The notes: generated from the sequence alone by a model not told the origin. A stretch of DNA of 64,000 nt from Abditibacterium sp. (GCA_965199495.1 CBDASK010000003.1:3584001-3648000), one strand, 5' to 3'. Shown: positions 1 to 10,085, numbered from the stretch's first letter. Numbers and translations are program-made.

Positions 1-528
1 GCCGTCAACAGTTCGGGCATCAAGCGGCATATTCTGCTCGACCAATTGGAATCCAAAGCGCGCGCGTCGAACGGCGGCAATGGCGCGGGTGGCAACGGTT
101 CTAACGGAAATGGCGCGGGCAACGGGATGTCAATCAATCGTTCGCACGCGCCGAGCGTCCATTTGCCGCCCGCTTCGGCGCCCGCAGCCACGGCGCCGCA
201 ATCGGCGCCCGCTTATGGCAACGGGCACGACGATGACGATTACATCCCGCGCGTTCATCACGGTTTCGAGCCGCCCGCCGAAGCCGTTGACGCCGTGCAT
301 TTGCACGTCGCGTCGGATTTGGCGACGCAGGATATTTTGCATCGCATCTATAATATGTGCCAGCAACATTCGGGCGCGACCGAAGTTTGGTTGCACTTGG
401 ACAACGGAACCGAGATGGTGCAAATGAAGGTTTCGGCCTCGTTCTGGGTCAACGCCGACGCGCAATTTGTCGAAGATGTCGCCGAATTACTGGGCGCCGA
501 TAACGTGATGGCGCCGATGTTAGGTTAA
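1..528 (+). CDS. dnaE: DNA polymerase III alpha subunit, C-terminal part (5' end outside the window)
   Basis: Frame open from base 1; the C-terminus EVWLHL...VSASFWVNADAQFVEDVAELLGADNV resembles the DnaE C-terminal domain; preceded by a Gly/Asn-rich linker. Confidence 0.65.
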   Translation, partial: AVNSSGIKRHILLDQLESKARASNGGNGAGGNGSNGNGAGNGMSINRSHAPSVHLPPASAPAATAPQSAPAYGNGHDDDDYIPRVHHGFEPPAEAVDAVHLHVASDLATQDILHRIYNMCQQHSGATEVWLHLDNGTEMVQMKVSASFWVNADAQFVEDVAELLGADNVMAPMLG

Positions 529-530
529 AT

Positions 531-565
531 AAAAGGGCTTGGCGAAAATCGCCAAGCCCTTTTTT
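531..565 (+). terminator. Rho-independent terminator
   Basis: AAAAGGGCTTGGCGA-AAA-TCGCCAAGCCCTTTTTT directly after the stop codon. Confidence 0.85.
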
Positions 566-588
566 GGCAAGATTCGAGGAATACATAA

Positions 589-1152
589 ATGATGCTCGTT
601 GGGATTCTTGCACTTTTATTTGTCACTTTTCTTTTTGGCAGTCTCGGCATTTGCATCGCGAAAGAGGTGAAAGGCCAACAAAAAGGATGGGCGTTGCTGT
701 TCGTGTTCGTAGGTTGGGCCGCCATTGTCGCTTATGCAACCAATCTCTCAGGTTTGTGGGGTAAAACATTCGATCCGTCTACTCCTTTTCCCGATTGGCT
801 TGGAATTTCTTTGAGTGTGTTGATATTGACTTTTCCGTTCGCCTTTCCTTTAATCGTGGGCATCAAAGAAATTTGGCGCGGCGGCGGGAAAAACACTGGT
901 TTCGCACTGCCGTTTTTCGATGAAAAAACCGGCATTGGTATTTTGTATGTCGTCTCGTTGGGATTGAGCTTTTACTTGACTGATCATTTCGGCATTCATT
1001 ATGGCTGGAGTTTTCCAATTTCGCTACCCGTACTGCTGGTTCTCTTCTTCGTGGCAACTGGTGTTGCGTGGGCGATTTGTTGGCTGACAACGCAAATGGC
1101 GCAACGGTTTTCGCCCGCTTCCAGACGATCACGAAGAATTGAAAACAAATGA
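589..1152 (+). CDS. Hypothetical integral membrane protein
   Basis: GAGGA RBS; about five hydrophobic segments; visibly AT-richer than its neighbours. Confidence 0.7.
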   Translation: MMLVGILALLFVTFLFGSLGICIAKEVKGQQKGWALLFVFVGWAAIVAYATNLSGLWGKTFDPSTPFPDWLGISLSVLILTFPFAFPLIVGIKEIWRGGGKNTGFALPFFDEKTGIGILYVVSLGLSFYLTDHFGIHYGWSFPISLPVLLVLFFVATGVAWAICWLTTQMAQRFSPASRRSRRIENK

Positions 1153-1163
1153 TTCAGCCAAAA

Positions 1164-2177
1164 CTACTCCATATCCGCGCGATATTCACCTTTACGCGCC
1201 GCGCTGTTCAACTTCAGTCGCTTGCCAAACGCCGTTTGCGCCGCCTCCATGTTCGCCGATTTGCCACCCCAAATTTCCATCGCGTCGTTTTGCAACGCGC
1301 GCGCGAACGAGAAACTGACTTGCCACGGTAAACATTCGCCGGTCGAATTCATCGCGTTGAGCCGCGCCGTGGCTGCTTGCGGCGACTGGCCGCCCGATAA
1401 AAACACGATACCCGGCACGGCGGCGGGCACGCTGCGCCGCAAAGTTTGCAGCGTGTGCGTGGCGACTTCGGCAGCATCGGGTTTTTCGTCGCTGCTTAAA
1501 CTCGGCAAAACCATGTTCGGTTTCAGCAACATTGCTTCGAGCAACACGCGCTGCATGGACAATTGCGAAAACGTCGCCCGCAAAGCCCGTTCGGTGACTT
1601 GCTGGCAACGCTCGATTGTGTGGTCGCCTTCCATGATGACTTCCGGCTCGATAATTGGCACGATGTCTTGTTCCTGGCACAGCGCGGCATAACGCGCGAG
1701 AGCTTCGGCATTGGCCGCTAAACACGCGTGCGTCGGGATGCCGTCGCCGATGGTAATTACCGCGCGCCATTTGGCGAAACGCGCGCCGAGTTCGCGATAT
1801 TCGATCAAACGTTCGCGCAAGCCGTCCAAACCGTCGGTGACTTTCTCGCCGGGAAATAGCGCCATATCGTGCGCGCCGCCGTCCACTTTAATACCGGGAA
1901 TAATGCCTTGGCTTTCGAGCAGTTTAGGAAATGACGTGCCGTTGGAATCGGTCGCGCGAATGGTTTCGTCGAACAAAATGATTCCGCTCAGAACATCAGC
2001 CACGCCGGGCGCGGAAAAGAGCATTTCGCGATAATCGCGGCGCGATTCGGGCGTGGATTCGATGTTCAAGGCTTCAAAGCGTTTGCCGATGGTGCCCAGA
2101 CTTTCGTCGGCGGCGAGCAAACCTTTGCCGGGTGCGACCAACGATTGCGCGGTTGATATTAAGGTGTGTTGATTCAT
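1164..2177 (-). CDS. Fructose-bisphosphate aldolase, class I
   Basis: GKGLLAADES, AKWRAV, VPIIEPEV, LLKPNMV, FLSGGQS and SFSFARALQ motifs; start reassigned to MNQHTL. Confidence 0.95.
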   Translation of the reverse strand: MNQHTLISTAQSLVAPGKGLLAADESLGTIGKRFEALNIESTPESRRDYREMLFSAPGVADVLSGIILFDETIRATDSNGTSFPKLLESQGIIPGIKVDGGAHDMALFPGEKVTDGLDGLRERLIEYRELGARFAKWRAVITIGDGIPTHACLAANAEALARYAALCQEQDIVPIIEPEVIMEGDHTIERCQQVTERALRATFSQLSMQRVLLEAMLLKPNMVLPSLSSDEKPDAAEVATHTLQTLRRSVPAAVPGIVFLSGGQSPQAATARLNAMNSTGECLPWQVSFSFARALQNDAMEIWGGKSANMEAAQTAFGKRLKLNSAARKGEYRADME

Positions 2178-2187
2178 GATTTTTGGA

Positions 2188-2342
2188 TTAGCCACAGAAG
2201 ACTCAGAGAACGCACAGAAGGGCACAGAGGAGAACGAATAAGCATTGCCGAAGAACGCTGAAAAATCATCACTCTTTTCCATTCTATTTTCTTCGTTTTT
2301 CTTTGTGTCCCTCTGTGCGTTCTCTGATTCTTCTGTGGCTAA
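2188..2342. repeat. Palindromic element, family C (TTAGCCAC...GTGGCTAA)
   Basis: Left arm TTAGCCACAGAAGACTCAGAGAACGCACAGA is nearly the reverse complement of the right arm TCTGTGCGTTCTCTGATTCTTCTGTGGCTAA. Confidence 0.85.
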
Positions 2343-2349
2343 AAATTGT

Positions 2350-2991
2350 TCAAGTGCCCGGCAGTTCGCGCAAATGCTTGTCCAAATGTTCGCGGTTGGC
2401 CAGCGTTTGCATGAGCGGCCCGTGTTGCCCAAATTCGATGACCGAAACTGAGCCGACCGGACAGCCCATGCGGAAACGATAGCGCCCGACATCAATGCCC
2501 AAAAGCGCGCACAAAACGATGCGAATCGTCGCTTTGTGCGAGACGATGAGAACATTGCCATCGTCGTATTTTTCGCGAATCTCCTCGACGACTTGCAAGC
2601 CACGGCGGGCGATGACAATCGCGGTTTCGCCGCCCGTCGGCGCGTTCCACGCCGGGTCTGCCGTCCATTTGATATGGTCGTCGTGAAACTGCGCGTCCAC
2701 TTGCGCGGCGGTTTTGCCTTCCCACGCGCCATACGCGATTTCCTTCAGATCGTCGCGCTTTTGAACTTCCAAACCTGTTTTTTCGGAGATGGGCGCCGCC
2801 GTTTGCTGCGCGCGTTTTAAGGAACTGGCGTAAATCGCCTGCCATTTTGCGGCGCTGTAAAAATCGGCGAACTGCTGCGCCATCTGCGCGCCTTCGGGCG
2901 TCAAATCGGGGTTGAGACCCGATCCGCAAAACACGTTGTCGCGGCTCGAACTTGTTTGGCCGTGACGCAGAAAATATAGCTTTAAACTCAT
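2350..2991 (-). CDS. Histidine phosphatase (phosphoglycerate mutase-like) family protein
   Basis: LRHGQT, SSLKRAQQTA, EIAYGAWEG and IVSH motifs; start MSLKLYF. Confidence 0.92.
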   Translation of the reverse strand: MSLKLYFLRHGQTSSSRDNVFCGSGLNPDLTPEGAQMAQQFADFYSAAKWQAIYASSLKRAQQTAAPISEKTGLEVQKRDDLKEIAYGAWEGKTAAQVDAQFHDDHIKWTADPAWNAPTGGETAIVIARRGLQVVEEIREKYDDGNVLIVSHKATIRIVLCALLGIDVGRYRFRMGCPVGSVSVIEFGQHGPLMQTLANREHLDKHLRELPGT

Positions 2992-3069
2992 TACGCGCGT
3001 TTCCGTGATATTTGCGTGCCGAAAACTTGAGGTTGCGCGCGCGCCGAATCGTTCATACTTGACGCGATA

Positions 3070-3855
3070 ATGTTGCTCAATATCCGCTCGCGCGCTTCCT
3101 ATCAATTGCCCAACGAAACCTTCGTTTTGTTGATGGTCGAACCCGCCATTGACGGCGCTCGGCATCACGTCCAAAACGCTTCGCTTTCGACATCGAACAC
3201 GCTGCAAACGCAATTGTGGCAAGACATTTACGGCAATCCCGTGCGCCGCATGACGGCGCCGCAAGGCGAGTTTTCGTTTGAATATCAGGCGCAAATCGAG
3301 GCGCAGACTAACACGGTATTGCCGCCCGATGCGCCCGAACTCGACCCGCGTAACATTCCCGCCGAATGCTTGATTTACACCGTGCCGTCGCGTTATTGCC
3401 AGAGCGACAAGTTACAGCGCTTGGCGCTCTCGGAGTTTGGCGCGATGACGCCCGGTGGCTCGCGCGTGGGCACGATTGCCAAATGGATTCGCGAGCGCGT
3501 CGAATACAAATATGGCACGACCGACGCGATGACCGATGCCTTCGACACAGCCACGAGCAGAGTTGGCGTGTGCCGCGATTTCGCGCATTTGATGATTTCG
3601 TTTTGCCGCGCGCTGGGCGTTCCGGCGCGCTACGTTTCGGGCTATTGTCTGGATTTGGAGCCGCCCGATTTTCATGCGTGGGTGCAGGTTTATGTTGGCG
3701 ACGCGTGGTATAACATGGACGCAACGTTCGATGGCGTGCGCGAGGCTCTGGTGCCGATTGCCTTTGGCCGCGACGCCGCCGACGTGCCGATGACAACGCT
3801 ATTTGGCAACAGCACTTTGAACAGTCAAACTGTCGAAGTCTCGCGCGTCCAGTGA
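3070..3855 (+). CDS. Transglutaminase-like family protein
   Basis: PSRYCQSD, GVCRDFAH, PARYVSGY, DFHAW and GRDAADV motifs. Confidence 0.92.
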   Translation: MLLNIRSRASYQLPNETFVLLMVEPAIDGARHHVQNASLSTSNTLQTQLWQDIYGNPVRRMTAPQGEFSFEYQAQIEAQTNTVLPPDAPELDPRNIPAECLIYTVPSRYCQSDKLQRLALSEFGAMTPGGSRVGTIAKWIRERVEYKYGTTDAMTDAFDTATSRVGVCRDFAHLMISFCRALGVPARYVSGYCLDLEPPDFHAWVQVYVGDAWYNMDATFDGVREALVPIAFGRDAADVPMTTLFGNSTLNSQTVEVSRVQ

Positions 3856-3876
3856 ATTGCGCGAGCGCAAACGATT

Positions 3877-4875
3877 ATGGAAAAAATCAAAATGGCCATT
3901 CTTGGCTGTGGCGGCATGAGCGGGCAGCACGCCAAACGCTACAAAAATCATCCCGATGTCGAAATCGTCGCGCTCTGCGATGTCAACGAAGAAATCGTCG
4001 AAAAATACATCGAGCGCAACCTGTCGGACGTGGACAGTAAACCCGCGATTTTCACCGACGCGGCGCAAATGTATGCCGAAGGCAAACCCGACGCCGTCAC
4101 TATTGTGACGCCGCACACGATGCACTTCGAGCATGGAATGCAGGCGCTTGAAGCCGGTTTGCACGTCTTCATGGAAAAGCCGATGGTGACCGAATCGGGG
4201 CAGGCGCACGATCTGAAAAAGGCCGTCGAAAATTCGGGCAAGGTCTTGGTCGTCGGCTATAATTCGTCTTCGACGCCCGCCGTCCAATGGGTGCGCGAGG
4301 CGATTCGTAGCGGCAAATTCGGCAAGCTCGAAACCGTGACTGGTTGGCTGGCGCAAAGCTGGGCCAAGGGCACCAAAGGTTCGTGGCGCCAAAACCCCGC
4401 GCTGAGCGGCGGCGGCCAGATGTATGATAGCGGTGCTCACATTTTCAATTCGTTGGTGTGGACGATTGAGTCGCCCGTCGCCAGCGTGTTCGCCTTTACC
4501 GACAATTTGGATACGCCGGTTGACATCAACAGCGTCGTGGCGATTAAATTCCAAAATGGCGTTTTGGCGACGATGACGATCAACGGCAACAGCAGATCGG
4601 GCGGCGCGGGCATGGTCTACAACTTCGAGGACGCGCGCGTCGAGTTCGACGGCTGGAACGGTCAATGGGTCAAGGCTTTTGGCCCCGGCGGCGCGGAAAT
4701 CGAAATCGAGCTTCAAGGCGAAGCGCAAAATCCCGACGACAACTTTATTGACGCGATTCTGGGCCGCGCCCAACCGGCGACTTCGGCAACGAATGGCGTC
4801 AACCAATCGGAACTGATGGACGCCATTTACAAAAGCGCCGAAACCGGCCAAGCCGCGCAACCCGTCGCGCGCTAA
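3877..4875 (+). CDS. Gfo/Idh/MocA family oxidoreductase
   Basis: ILGCGG Rossmann motif, HVFMEKP, GGGQMYDSGAH. Confidence 0.93.
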   Translation: MEKIKMAILGCGGMSGQHAKRYKNHPDVEIVALCDVNEEIVEKYIERNLSDVDSKPAIFTDAAQMYAEGKPDAVTIVTPHTMHFEHGMQALEAGLHVFMEKPMVTESGQAHDLKKAVENSGKVLVVGYNSSSTPAVQWVREAIRSGKFGKLETVTGWLAQSWAKGTKGSWRQNPALSGGGQMYDSGAHIFNSLVWTIESPVASVFAFTDNLDTPVDINSVVAIKFQNGVLATMTINGNSRSGGAGMVYNFEDARVEFDGWNGQWVKAFGPGGAEIEIELQGEAQNPDDNFIDAILGRAQPATSATNGVNQSELMDAIYKSAETGQAAQPVAR

Positions 4876-4920
4876 ATATCGAGCTGCTATCAATCAACGT
4901 TAGGGTTTGAACTAAACGAC

Positions 4921-5123
4921 TTAACCACAAAAACGCAAAAATCACAAAGGGCACAAAAAAACTCAAAAGGTTTGGAAGAACAATCTTTCAATGAAGAAAG
5001 TTCGACCAGCTATTTTTGAGTTTTTGAGTTTTTGAGTTTTTGAGTTTTTGAGTTTTTGAGTTTTTGAGTTTTTGAGTTTTTGAGTTTTTGAGTTTTTTGT
5101 GATTTTTGCGTTTTTGTGGTTAA
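4921..5123. repeat. Palindromic element, family C, with an internal (TTTTTGAG)10 tandem array
   Basis: Arms TTAACCACAAAAACGCAAAAATCACAAA / TTTGTGATTTTTGCGTTTTTGTGGTTAA; ten 8-mers at 5013-5092. Confidence 0.9.
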
Positions 5124-5139
5124 AAACAATTAAGCCGAG

Positions 5140-6939
5140 CTACTCCGTTTGATACCGATAATTAAAGCGACGGGCGGGCGCGCAATCGCCGCTCAGGAAC
5201 CAATCGTTGATGTCGTCGGGGTCGGCGTTGTCCACCCATTTGAAATCAAATGCCAACGGCGTGGCTGCATCGCGCGCGAACAAACTGCGCGGCAACGAGA
5301 GTTCGAGTTCGTTGCCCGCGTAAGCCAACTGCGCGCTCGCCACTTTTTTCCACGCTCCGTTGATCCAACGCTCGACCGATGGCGAACTAAGCGGCTCGTT
5401 CGTTGCGCCCACGCGCAAATCGTAGCCGTGCCAGCCGGTTTTCGCGTTTTGGTCGGCGTCAATAAACAGCATCATCCAACGCGCGTCGGTGCGCGGCGAA
5501 AGCGGCGCGTTGGTGCGGGCGTAAAACGTGACATTATCCGCGTCGCGCGCGACTTTGGCGGCGATAATATCGTTGCGCCCCGTCGTGTTGGTATAGTGAT
5601 ACTCGCCCCAGCCCTCGAAATCGCGGTGCATCGTGTCGCCAATCGAATCGCGAAATTCCGGCCACACATCGCGCCACGGCGCAAAATCGCCGTTAATCGG
5701 AATCGTTTGTTCCTTACCAGCCACGGGCACGGGGCGCGCGCCTTTGAACTTGCGGATGTTGGCGACCATTTGATAATAATAATCGTCGGTGTAGCCGCCT
5801 TTCATCGGGTCAACGTCGCGCGAGAATTCGGCGTTATATAAATCCACGAAGAACGGATCGCCGACTTTCTGCATCGGATGCCCGGCCATATTCACGACGC
5901 CTTTTTGCCCTTCGATTTGGCCCTCACTCGCGCCCTGACGCTGCGCGACCCATTCGTTCCAACCGGTGATAAAAACCATCGGCGGATCAATTTTCAGGGC
6001 TTGATCCCACTGCTCCTGAAACTGGATGCCCTGATCGTAGGTCGTCGTCATGTCAGTTTTATCGAGCTTGACGCGCGTTTTATTGGCATACGAACGCCCG
6101 ATATTTTCGCCGATGGGATGAGAGGCCACGCCGACCGCGACTTCCTCGACTTTGCCGTTGGGACTCAATCCCGGCTTTTGCGGCGTGCGGTCGCGCCACG
6201 GCCATTTGCCTTTGCCGTCGCCAAACCAGCCTTTGGGATCGGTCTCGAACCACGATTTGCGCCACGTAAAGAAGTTTTGAATTTCGGTGGGAATCGCTGC
6301 GCCGTCTTTGGTTTTCTCGTTTGGGTCGGCCAAAATCAGAGGCTTGCCGTTCCAGCGAAACCAGAGTTCCTGATACTTGCCGTCTTTATAATAGGCGTCC
6401 CACAGTTTTTGAACCGTCCCCACCATATTCGAGTTGAGCAAAAACGCGATTTGCGGCGTCGAGTTGCCCTGCGCCCGCATCTGGCGCGCGGTCTCGAACA
6501 ACACTTTCATTTCGTCGGGATAAGTAAAAGCGTTGGTCACGTCCACGAACAGACAATCCACGCCCGCAGCGCCCAGCAAGCGCAAATTGCGCCGCGCGAC
6601 CCACGGATCGGTCGCCTGATAATAACCAATTTCGGGTTCGCCCCACCAGTGAAACGCGCCCTGCGGCCCCCACTGCGGATCGTCGGGATTGGCGGCCTTA
6701 ATTTTCGTCATGTCGTAGACATCTTTGTGGCCGTGATAGCCCTGCCAGACGAAATAAAAAATGCCGACGAACTTATCGTCCTGCGGTGGCCGCACTTCGC
6801 CACCCATCGGCAGAGTGCGCCCCAAGGCATCGGTCGCCGCCCAGGTGTCGGCGTAAAGGTCGCGGTGTTCGTCGGCTTTGGCGTTGGACATGAAAAGTAG
6901 GGCGCCTCCCAACGCCGCAAGAAGTAGCGGAGTTTTCAT
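5140..6939 (-). CDS. Secreted putative glycoside hydrolase (GH99-like TIM barrel plus C-terminal beta domain)
   Basis: Signal peptide; VGIFYFVW, HWWGEP..GYY and FITGWNEW motifs. Confidence 0.7.
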   Translation of the reverse strand: MKTPLLLAALGGALLFMSNAKADEHRDLYADTWAATDALGRTLPMGGEVRPPQDDKFVGIFYFVWQGYHGHKDVYDMTKIKAANPDDPQWGPQGAFHWWGEPEIGYYQATDPWVARRNLRLLGAAGVDCLFVDVTNAFTYPDEMKVLFETARQMRAQGNSTPQIAFLLNSNMVGTVQKLWDAYYKDGKYQELWFRWNGKPLILADPNEKTKDGAAIPTEIQNFFTWRKSWFETDPKGWFGDGKGKWPWRDRTPQKPGLSPNGKVEEVAVGVASHPIGENIGRSYANKTRVKLDKTDMTTTYDQGIQFQEQWDQALKIDPPMVFITGWNEWVAQRQGASEGQIEGQKGVVNMAGHPMQKVGDPFFVDLYNAEFSRDVDPMKGGYTDDYYYQMVANIRKFKGARPVPVAGKEQTIPINGDFAPWRDVWPEFRDSIGDTMHRDFEGWGEYHYTNTTGRNDIIAAKVARDADNVTFYARTNAPLSPRTDARWMMLFIDADQNAKTGWHGYDLRVGATNEPLSSPSVERWINGAWKKVASAQLAYAGNELELSLPRSLFARDAATPLAFDFKWVDNADPDDINDWFLSGDCAPARRFNYRYQTE

Positions 6940-7111
6940 GAGTTGATAGCTTTATAGCAGTTTGTTGGTTCAGAGTCTATCAAGCCGGAAAGGTCGCGCT
7001 TTCCATGATCAATCCGTCGCGGGAAAGCGGGCATGGCGAAATTTACCACACATTTCAACGGAACATCGTGTTCCAATTAGGATCATCTTTATTTTTTGAA
7101 AGAGCGTTTTT

Positions 7112-8311
7112 TCAGTGCCCGTTTTCTACCGGTTCAGTCACGATCAAAATATCAACTGTGCGTAATTCGCGCGTTAATTTGCTCAGAATGTCGCCGCGCA
7201 GCAGGTTTTGCCAGCGACTGCGGCTCGAATGACCCATCACAATTTGCGTGATTTCGTTTTCGCGCGCATAACGAATGAGTTCGTCGGCGATGTCGCCTTG
7301 CAACGTCGTGACGGGGATGTTCAACTGCCCTGCGAGCGCGAAATCACTTTCTAAAATTGTTTTCTCACGTTGATTTACCACGCGGTCAGCGACGTAAGCC
7401 GCGACGATTTCGCGGTCGGAGCGCTGGCTCATGCGCCAGCCACGGCGTAGCAGTCGCAGGCTCGAACTGGTTGGCGACAGGCAAACCAGAATGCGTTCGC
7501 CGGTTTGCCAGTGCGTCGCGATTTGTTTCTGTCTCCGGTAGTTGGTAACGTTTTGGTCTACGCCGTGCGCCGTTTCGCGGAGCGCAATTTCGCGCAAAGC
7601 CGACAAATTGCCTTCGCGAAAAAAATTGCCCAGCGCCGCCTCAACTTTATCGGGATGATAAATATCGCCGCGTTTGAGCCGGTTCATCAGCGCGCGCGGC
7701 GTGATGTCAATGATGGTGACTTCGTCGGCCTCGCGCACAACGCGGTCGGGAATCGTTTCGCGCACGCGCACGCCGGTGATATCGAAAACCGAATCGTTGA
7801 GGCTTTCCAAATGTTGAACATTGACCGCGCTCAAGACGCTAATGCCCGCTTCCAGCAAAACCTCGACATCCTGCCAACGTTTGGTATTTCGCGAACCGGG
7901 CATGTTGGTGTGCGCCAGCTCGTCCACCAGACAAATTTGCGGATGGCGCGCCAAAATCGCCCCAACGTTCATTTCCTGAAACGTGGCGCCGCGATATTCG
8001 ATGGTTTGTAAAGGCACGCTTTCGAGTTCGCCCAGTTGCGCAACCGTGCCCGCGCGTTTATGAGTTTCGACGAAGCCGATGACGACATCTTGTCCGCGCG
8101 CGCGGCGGCGATTGGCCTCTTCGAGCATGCGGTAAGTCTTGCCGACGCCCGCCGCGAAACCTAAATAGATTTTCAGGCGCCCACGCCCGTTAACCGGCCC
8201 GACGCGCGGCGCGTCTTCATCGAGCGCATCGGCGACGTGGCTGCTATCGAGCGCGACGATTCCGGCCTCGCGGTTGGCGAGTTGCAGCCATTCTTCGGGC
8301 GTTTTAGTCAT
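7112..8311 (-). CDS. kdpD: Stand-alone KdpD N-terminal domain plus USP domain protein (no TM or kinase domain)
   Basis: GRLKIYLGFAAGVGKT, LVDELAHTN, NVQHLESLND and NFFREGNL motifs; USP-like C-terminus. Confidence 0.9.
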   Translation of the reverse strand: MTKTPEEWLQLANREAGIVALDSSHVADALDEDAPRVGPVNGRGRLKIYLGFAAGVGKTYRMLEEANRRRARGQDVVIGFVETHKRAGTVAQLGELESVPLQTIEYRGATFQEMNVGAILARHPQICLVDELAHTNMPGSRNTKRWQDVEVLLEAGISVLSAVNVQHLESLNDSVFDITGVRVRETIPDRVVREADEVTIIDITPRALMNRLKRGDIYHPDKVEAALGNFFREGNLSALREIALRETAHGVDQNVTNYRRQKQIATHWQTGERILVCLSPTSSSLRLLRRGWRMSQRSDREIVAAYVADRVVNQREKTILESDFALAGQLNIPVTTLQGDIADELIRYARENEITQIVMGHSSRSRWQNLLRGDILSKLTRELRTVDILIVTEPVENGH

Positions 8312-8338
8312 GGCGAAACAAAAGTAATGTCCGTCTGC

Positions 8339-8451
8339 AGAGCGAGAAATTATTAACCACAAAGAACACAAAAAACACAAATAGATTTCTGCAATTGCAC
8401 GCCGTTCTTCCATCCCTTCCATCTTTTTTGTGGTTAATAATTTCTCGCTCT
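8339..8451. repeat. Palindromic element, family C (degenerate)
   Basis: AGAGCGAGAAATTATTAACCACAAA ... TTTGTGGTTAATAATTTCTCGCTCT. Confidence 0.8.
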
Positions 8452-8460
8452 AAAATAAAT

Positions 8461-9201
8461 TCAGCGTGTTAAAACCGCGTCCATCCAGCGGCGCAGATTC
8501 GATGGCAATTCTTCCATGCGCAGTTCGCCATTGGGCGGCGGCGTGGCGTTTTGCCACAGATAATTGGCCAGCGCCTCTTCGCCCAACCAGAGCCAGAAAC
8601 GGTCGCTTTCTTCTAACGTCTCGCGGTCGGCGTGAGCGTAAACCAACTCCATGAAGAACGCCGGAAAACTCACGCGACACGCGACGCCCTCGCCCGCCGC
8701 CTGACGAATGATAAAGCGATGAATCAATGCGCCATCATCGGCGCCGTGGTCAGGCGTCTCGCTTGCCGCTTCGATGCGAAATCCGTTGACCGCCACGCCT
8801 GCGGGCGCCGCGAAATCGTCGTGCGAAACCGATGGCGCATCCTCGCTCAAAGCCGTAGCCACGGCGGCGCGTAGCACATCGGTGGTGAACGGTTTGCGCA
8901 AAAAATTAACGGCTCCAGCGCGTTGGGCTTCGAGCGCCAAATCAACCGTGCCGAACGCCGTCACCATAATCACGCGCGCATCGGGGCGGCGCGATTTCAT
9001 GGCGCGTAGCACCTCGATACCTTCCATCTGCGGCATCCGATGATCGAGCAAAGTTAAATCGAAAGCGGTGCCGTCGCCCCACTGTTCGAGCGCGTCGGGG
9101 CCATCGGCGGCAGTGGCGATGATGTGCCCGTCTTTTTGCAGCGCGATCCGCAGCATGAGGCGGATGTTGCTTTCGTCGTCAACGATGAGTATGTTGGCCA
9201 T
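8461..9201 (-). CDS. Response regulator (REC plus uncharacterised C-terminal domain)
   Basis: ILIVDDE, LLDHRMP, VTAFG and FLRKPF receiver motifs. Confidence 0.9.
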   Translation of the reverse strand: MANILIVDDESNIRLMLRIALQKDGHIIATAADGPDALEQWGDGTAFDLTLLDHRMPQMEGIEVLRAMKSRRPDARVIMVTAFGTVDLALEAQRAGAVNFLRKPFTTDVLRAAVATALSEDAPSVSHDDFAAPAGVAVNGFRIEAASETPDHGADDGALIHRFIIRQAAGEGVACRVSFPAFFMELVYAHADRETLEESDRFWLWLGEEALANYLWQNATPPPNGELRMEELPSNLRRWMDAVLTR

Positions 9202-9242
9202 GAGGGGTTAAACGTATCGCTCGCTGTAAGGTGCGGCGCTTT

Positions 9243-10073
9243 CTACGACGACACTCCCAAACTCCGAAAGAACTCGCTCCACGATGAGATGCCCAGTCGC
9301 CTCACTTTCACCGTTTGCGGCACTTCATAAACCGCCAGAGTATTCGGTGGTTGGCGCGCGTTCACGGCGAGATAGTTAATCAAAGTTTGACCGCACAGTT
9401 CGTCCCAAAACGCGTCGTCAGGGCCGATTGCATATCCAACTTCGGCTTCGATTTGCGCCTGAATGTGCGGCGTCACGCCCACGAAGCAACCGATATAATC
9501 GCCATTGGGCACGCGCAGTTGATACATGCGGCCCGACCCGAATTCTGCCGGATGTTGGTGCGCGATGTTCGGGTCTTTTTGCGACTGCTCGGCGGGCCAG
9601 AAGGTAAAACCGTTCATGCTCCACGAACGCGCGGGCAACTTATAACCTTCTTGTCCCGGTTTCGCCAACATCTGCGCCGGGTCGGCGTGGCTGGTGCCGT
9701 CGCCCACGCGCAATTTCTCCAGCGCGACTTTGACGACATCGCGCAAAGTATCGGTTGTGAACGGCTTGCGCAGGAAATCGAGCGCGCCGATTTGCATGAC
9801 CCGCGAGGCGAGTTCGGGCGTGGCGAACGCCGTCATCATCACGATGCGTGCGGTGGGATCAATGGCGTGGGCGCGGGCGACAAATTCGTCGCCGGTCAGT
9901 TCGGGCATCTGCTGGTCAACGAGCGTTAAATCCCACGCGGAGCCATCATCGAATTTTTCGAGGCCCAGCGCGCCATTTTCGGCTTGCGTAATTTCATGGC
10001 CCTGCGCTTTAAGCGTCAGTTCGACCATTTTGCGAATGTTTTTGGTGTCGTCCACCACTAAAATTTGTGCCAT
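9243..10073 (-). CDS. Response regulator (REC plus uncharacterised C-terminal domain), paralog of 8461-9201
   Basis: ILVVDDT, LVDQQMP, MTAFA and FLRKPF motifs. Confidence 0.9.
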   Translation of the reverse strand: MAQILVVDDTKNIRKMVELTLKAQGHEITQAENGALGLEKFDDGSAWDLTLVDQQMPELTGDEFVARAHAIDPTARIVMMTAFATPELASRVMQIGALDFLRKPFTTDTLRDVVKVALEKLRVGDGTSHADPAQMLAKPGQEGYKLPARSWSMNGFTFWPAEQSQKDPNIAHQHPAEFGSGRMYQLRVPNGDYIGCFVGVTPHIQAQIEAEVGYAIGPDDAFWDELCGQTLINYLAVNARQPPNTLAVYEVPQTVKVRRLGISSWSEFFRSLGVSS

Positions 10074-10085
10074 TATTTATCTCCC

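Noticed and set aside
60..260. Gly/Asn-rich repeat in the first ORF as an intein or inserted element
   Set aside because: Low-complexity linker without intein motifs.
2178..2732. Long N-terminal extension of the aldolase ORF (similar cases for larB, groEL and the TPR protein)
   Set aside because: The extension overlaps another gene and a repeat; family similarity begins at a downstream Met.
5013..5092. CRISPR array
   Set aside because: 8-bp tandem units with no spacers; no cas genes in the window.
7060..7074. GGAACA-TCG-TGTTCC as an operator or LexA box
   Set aside because: Single short palindrome; the spacing does not fit GAAC-N4-GTTC; no supporting copy.
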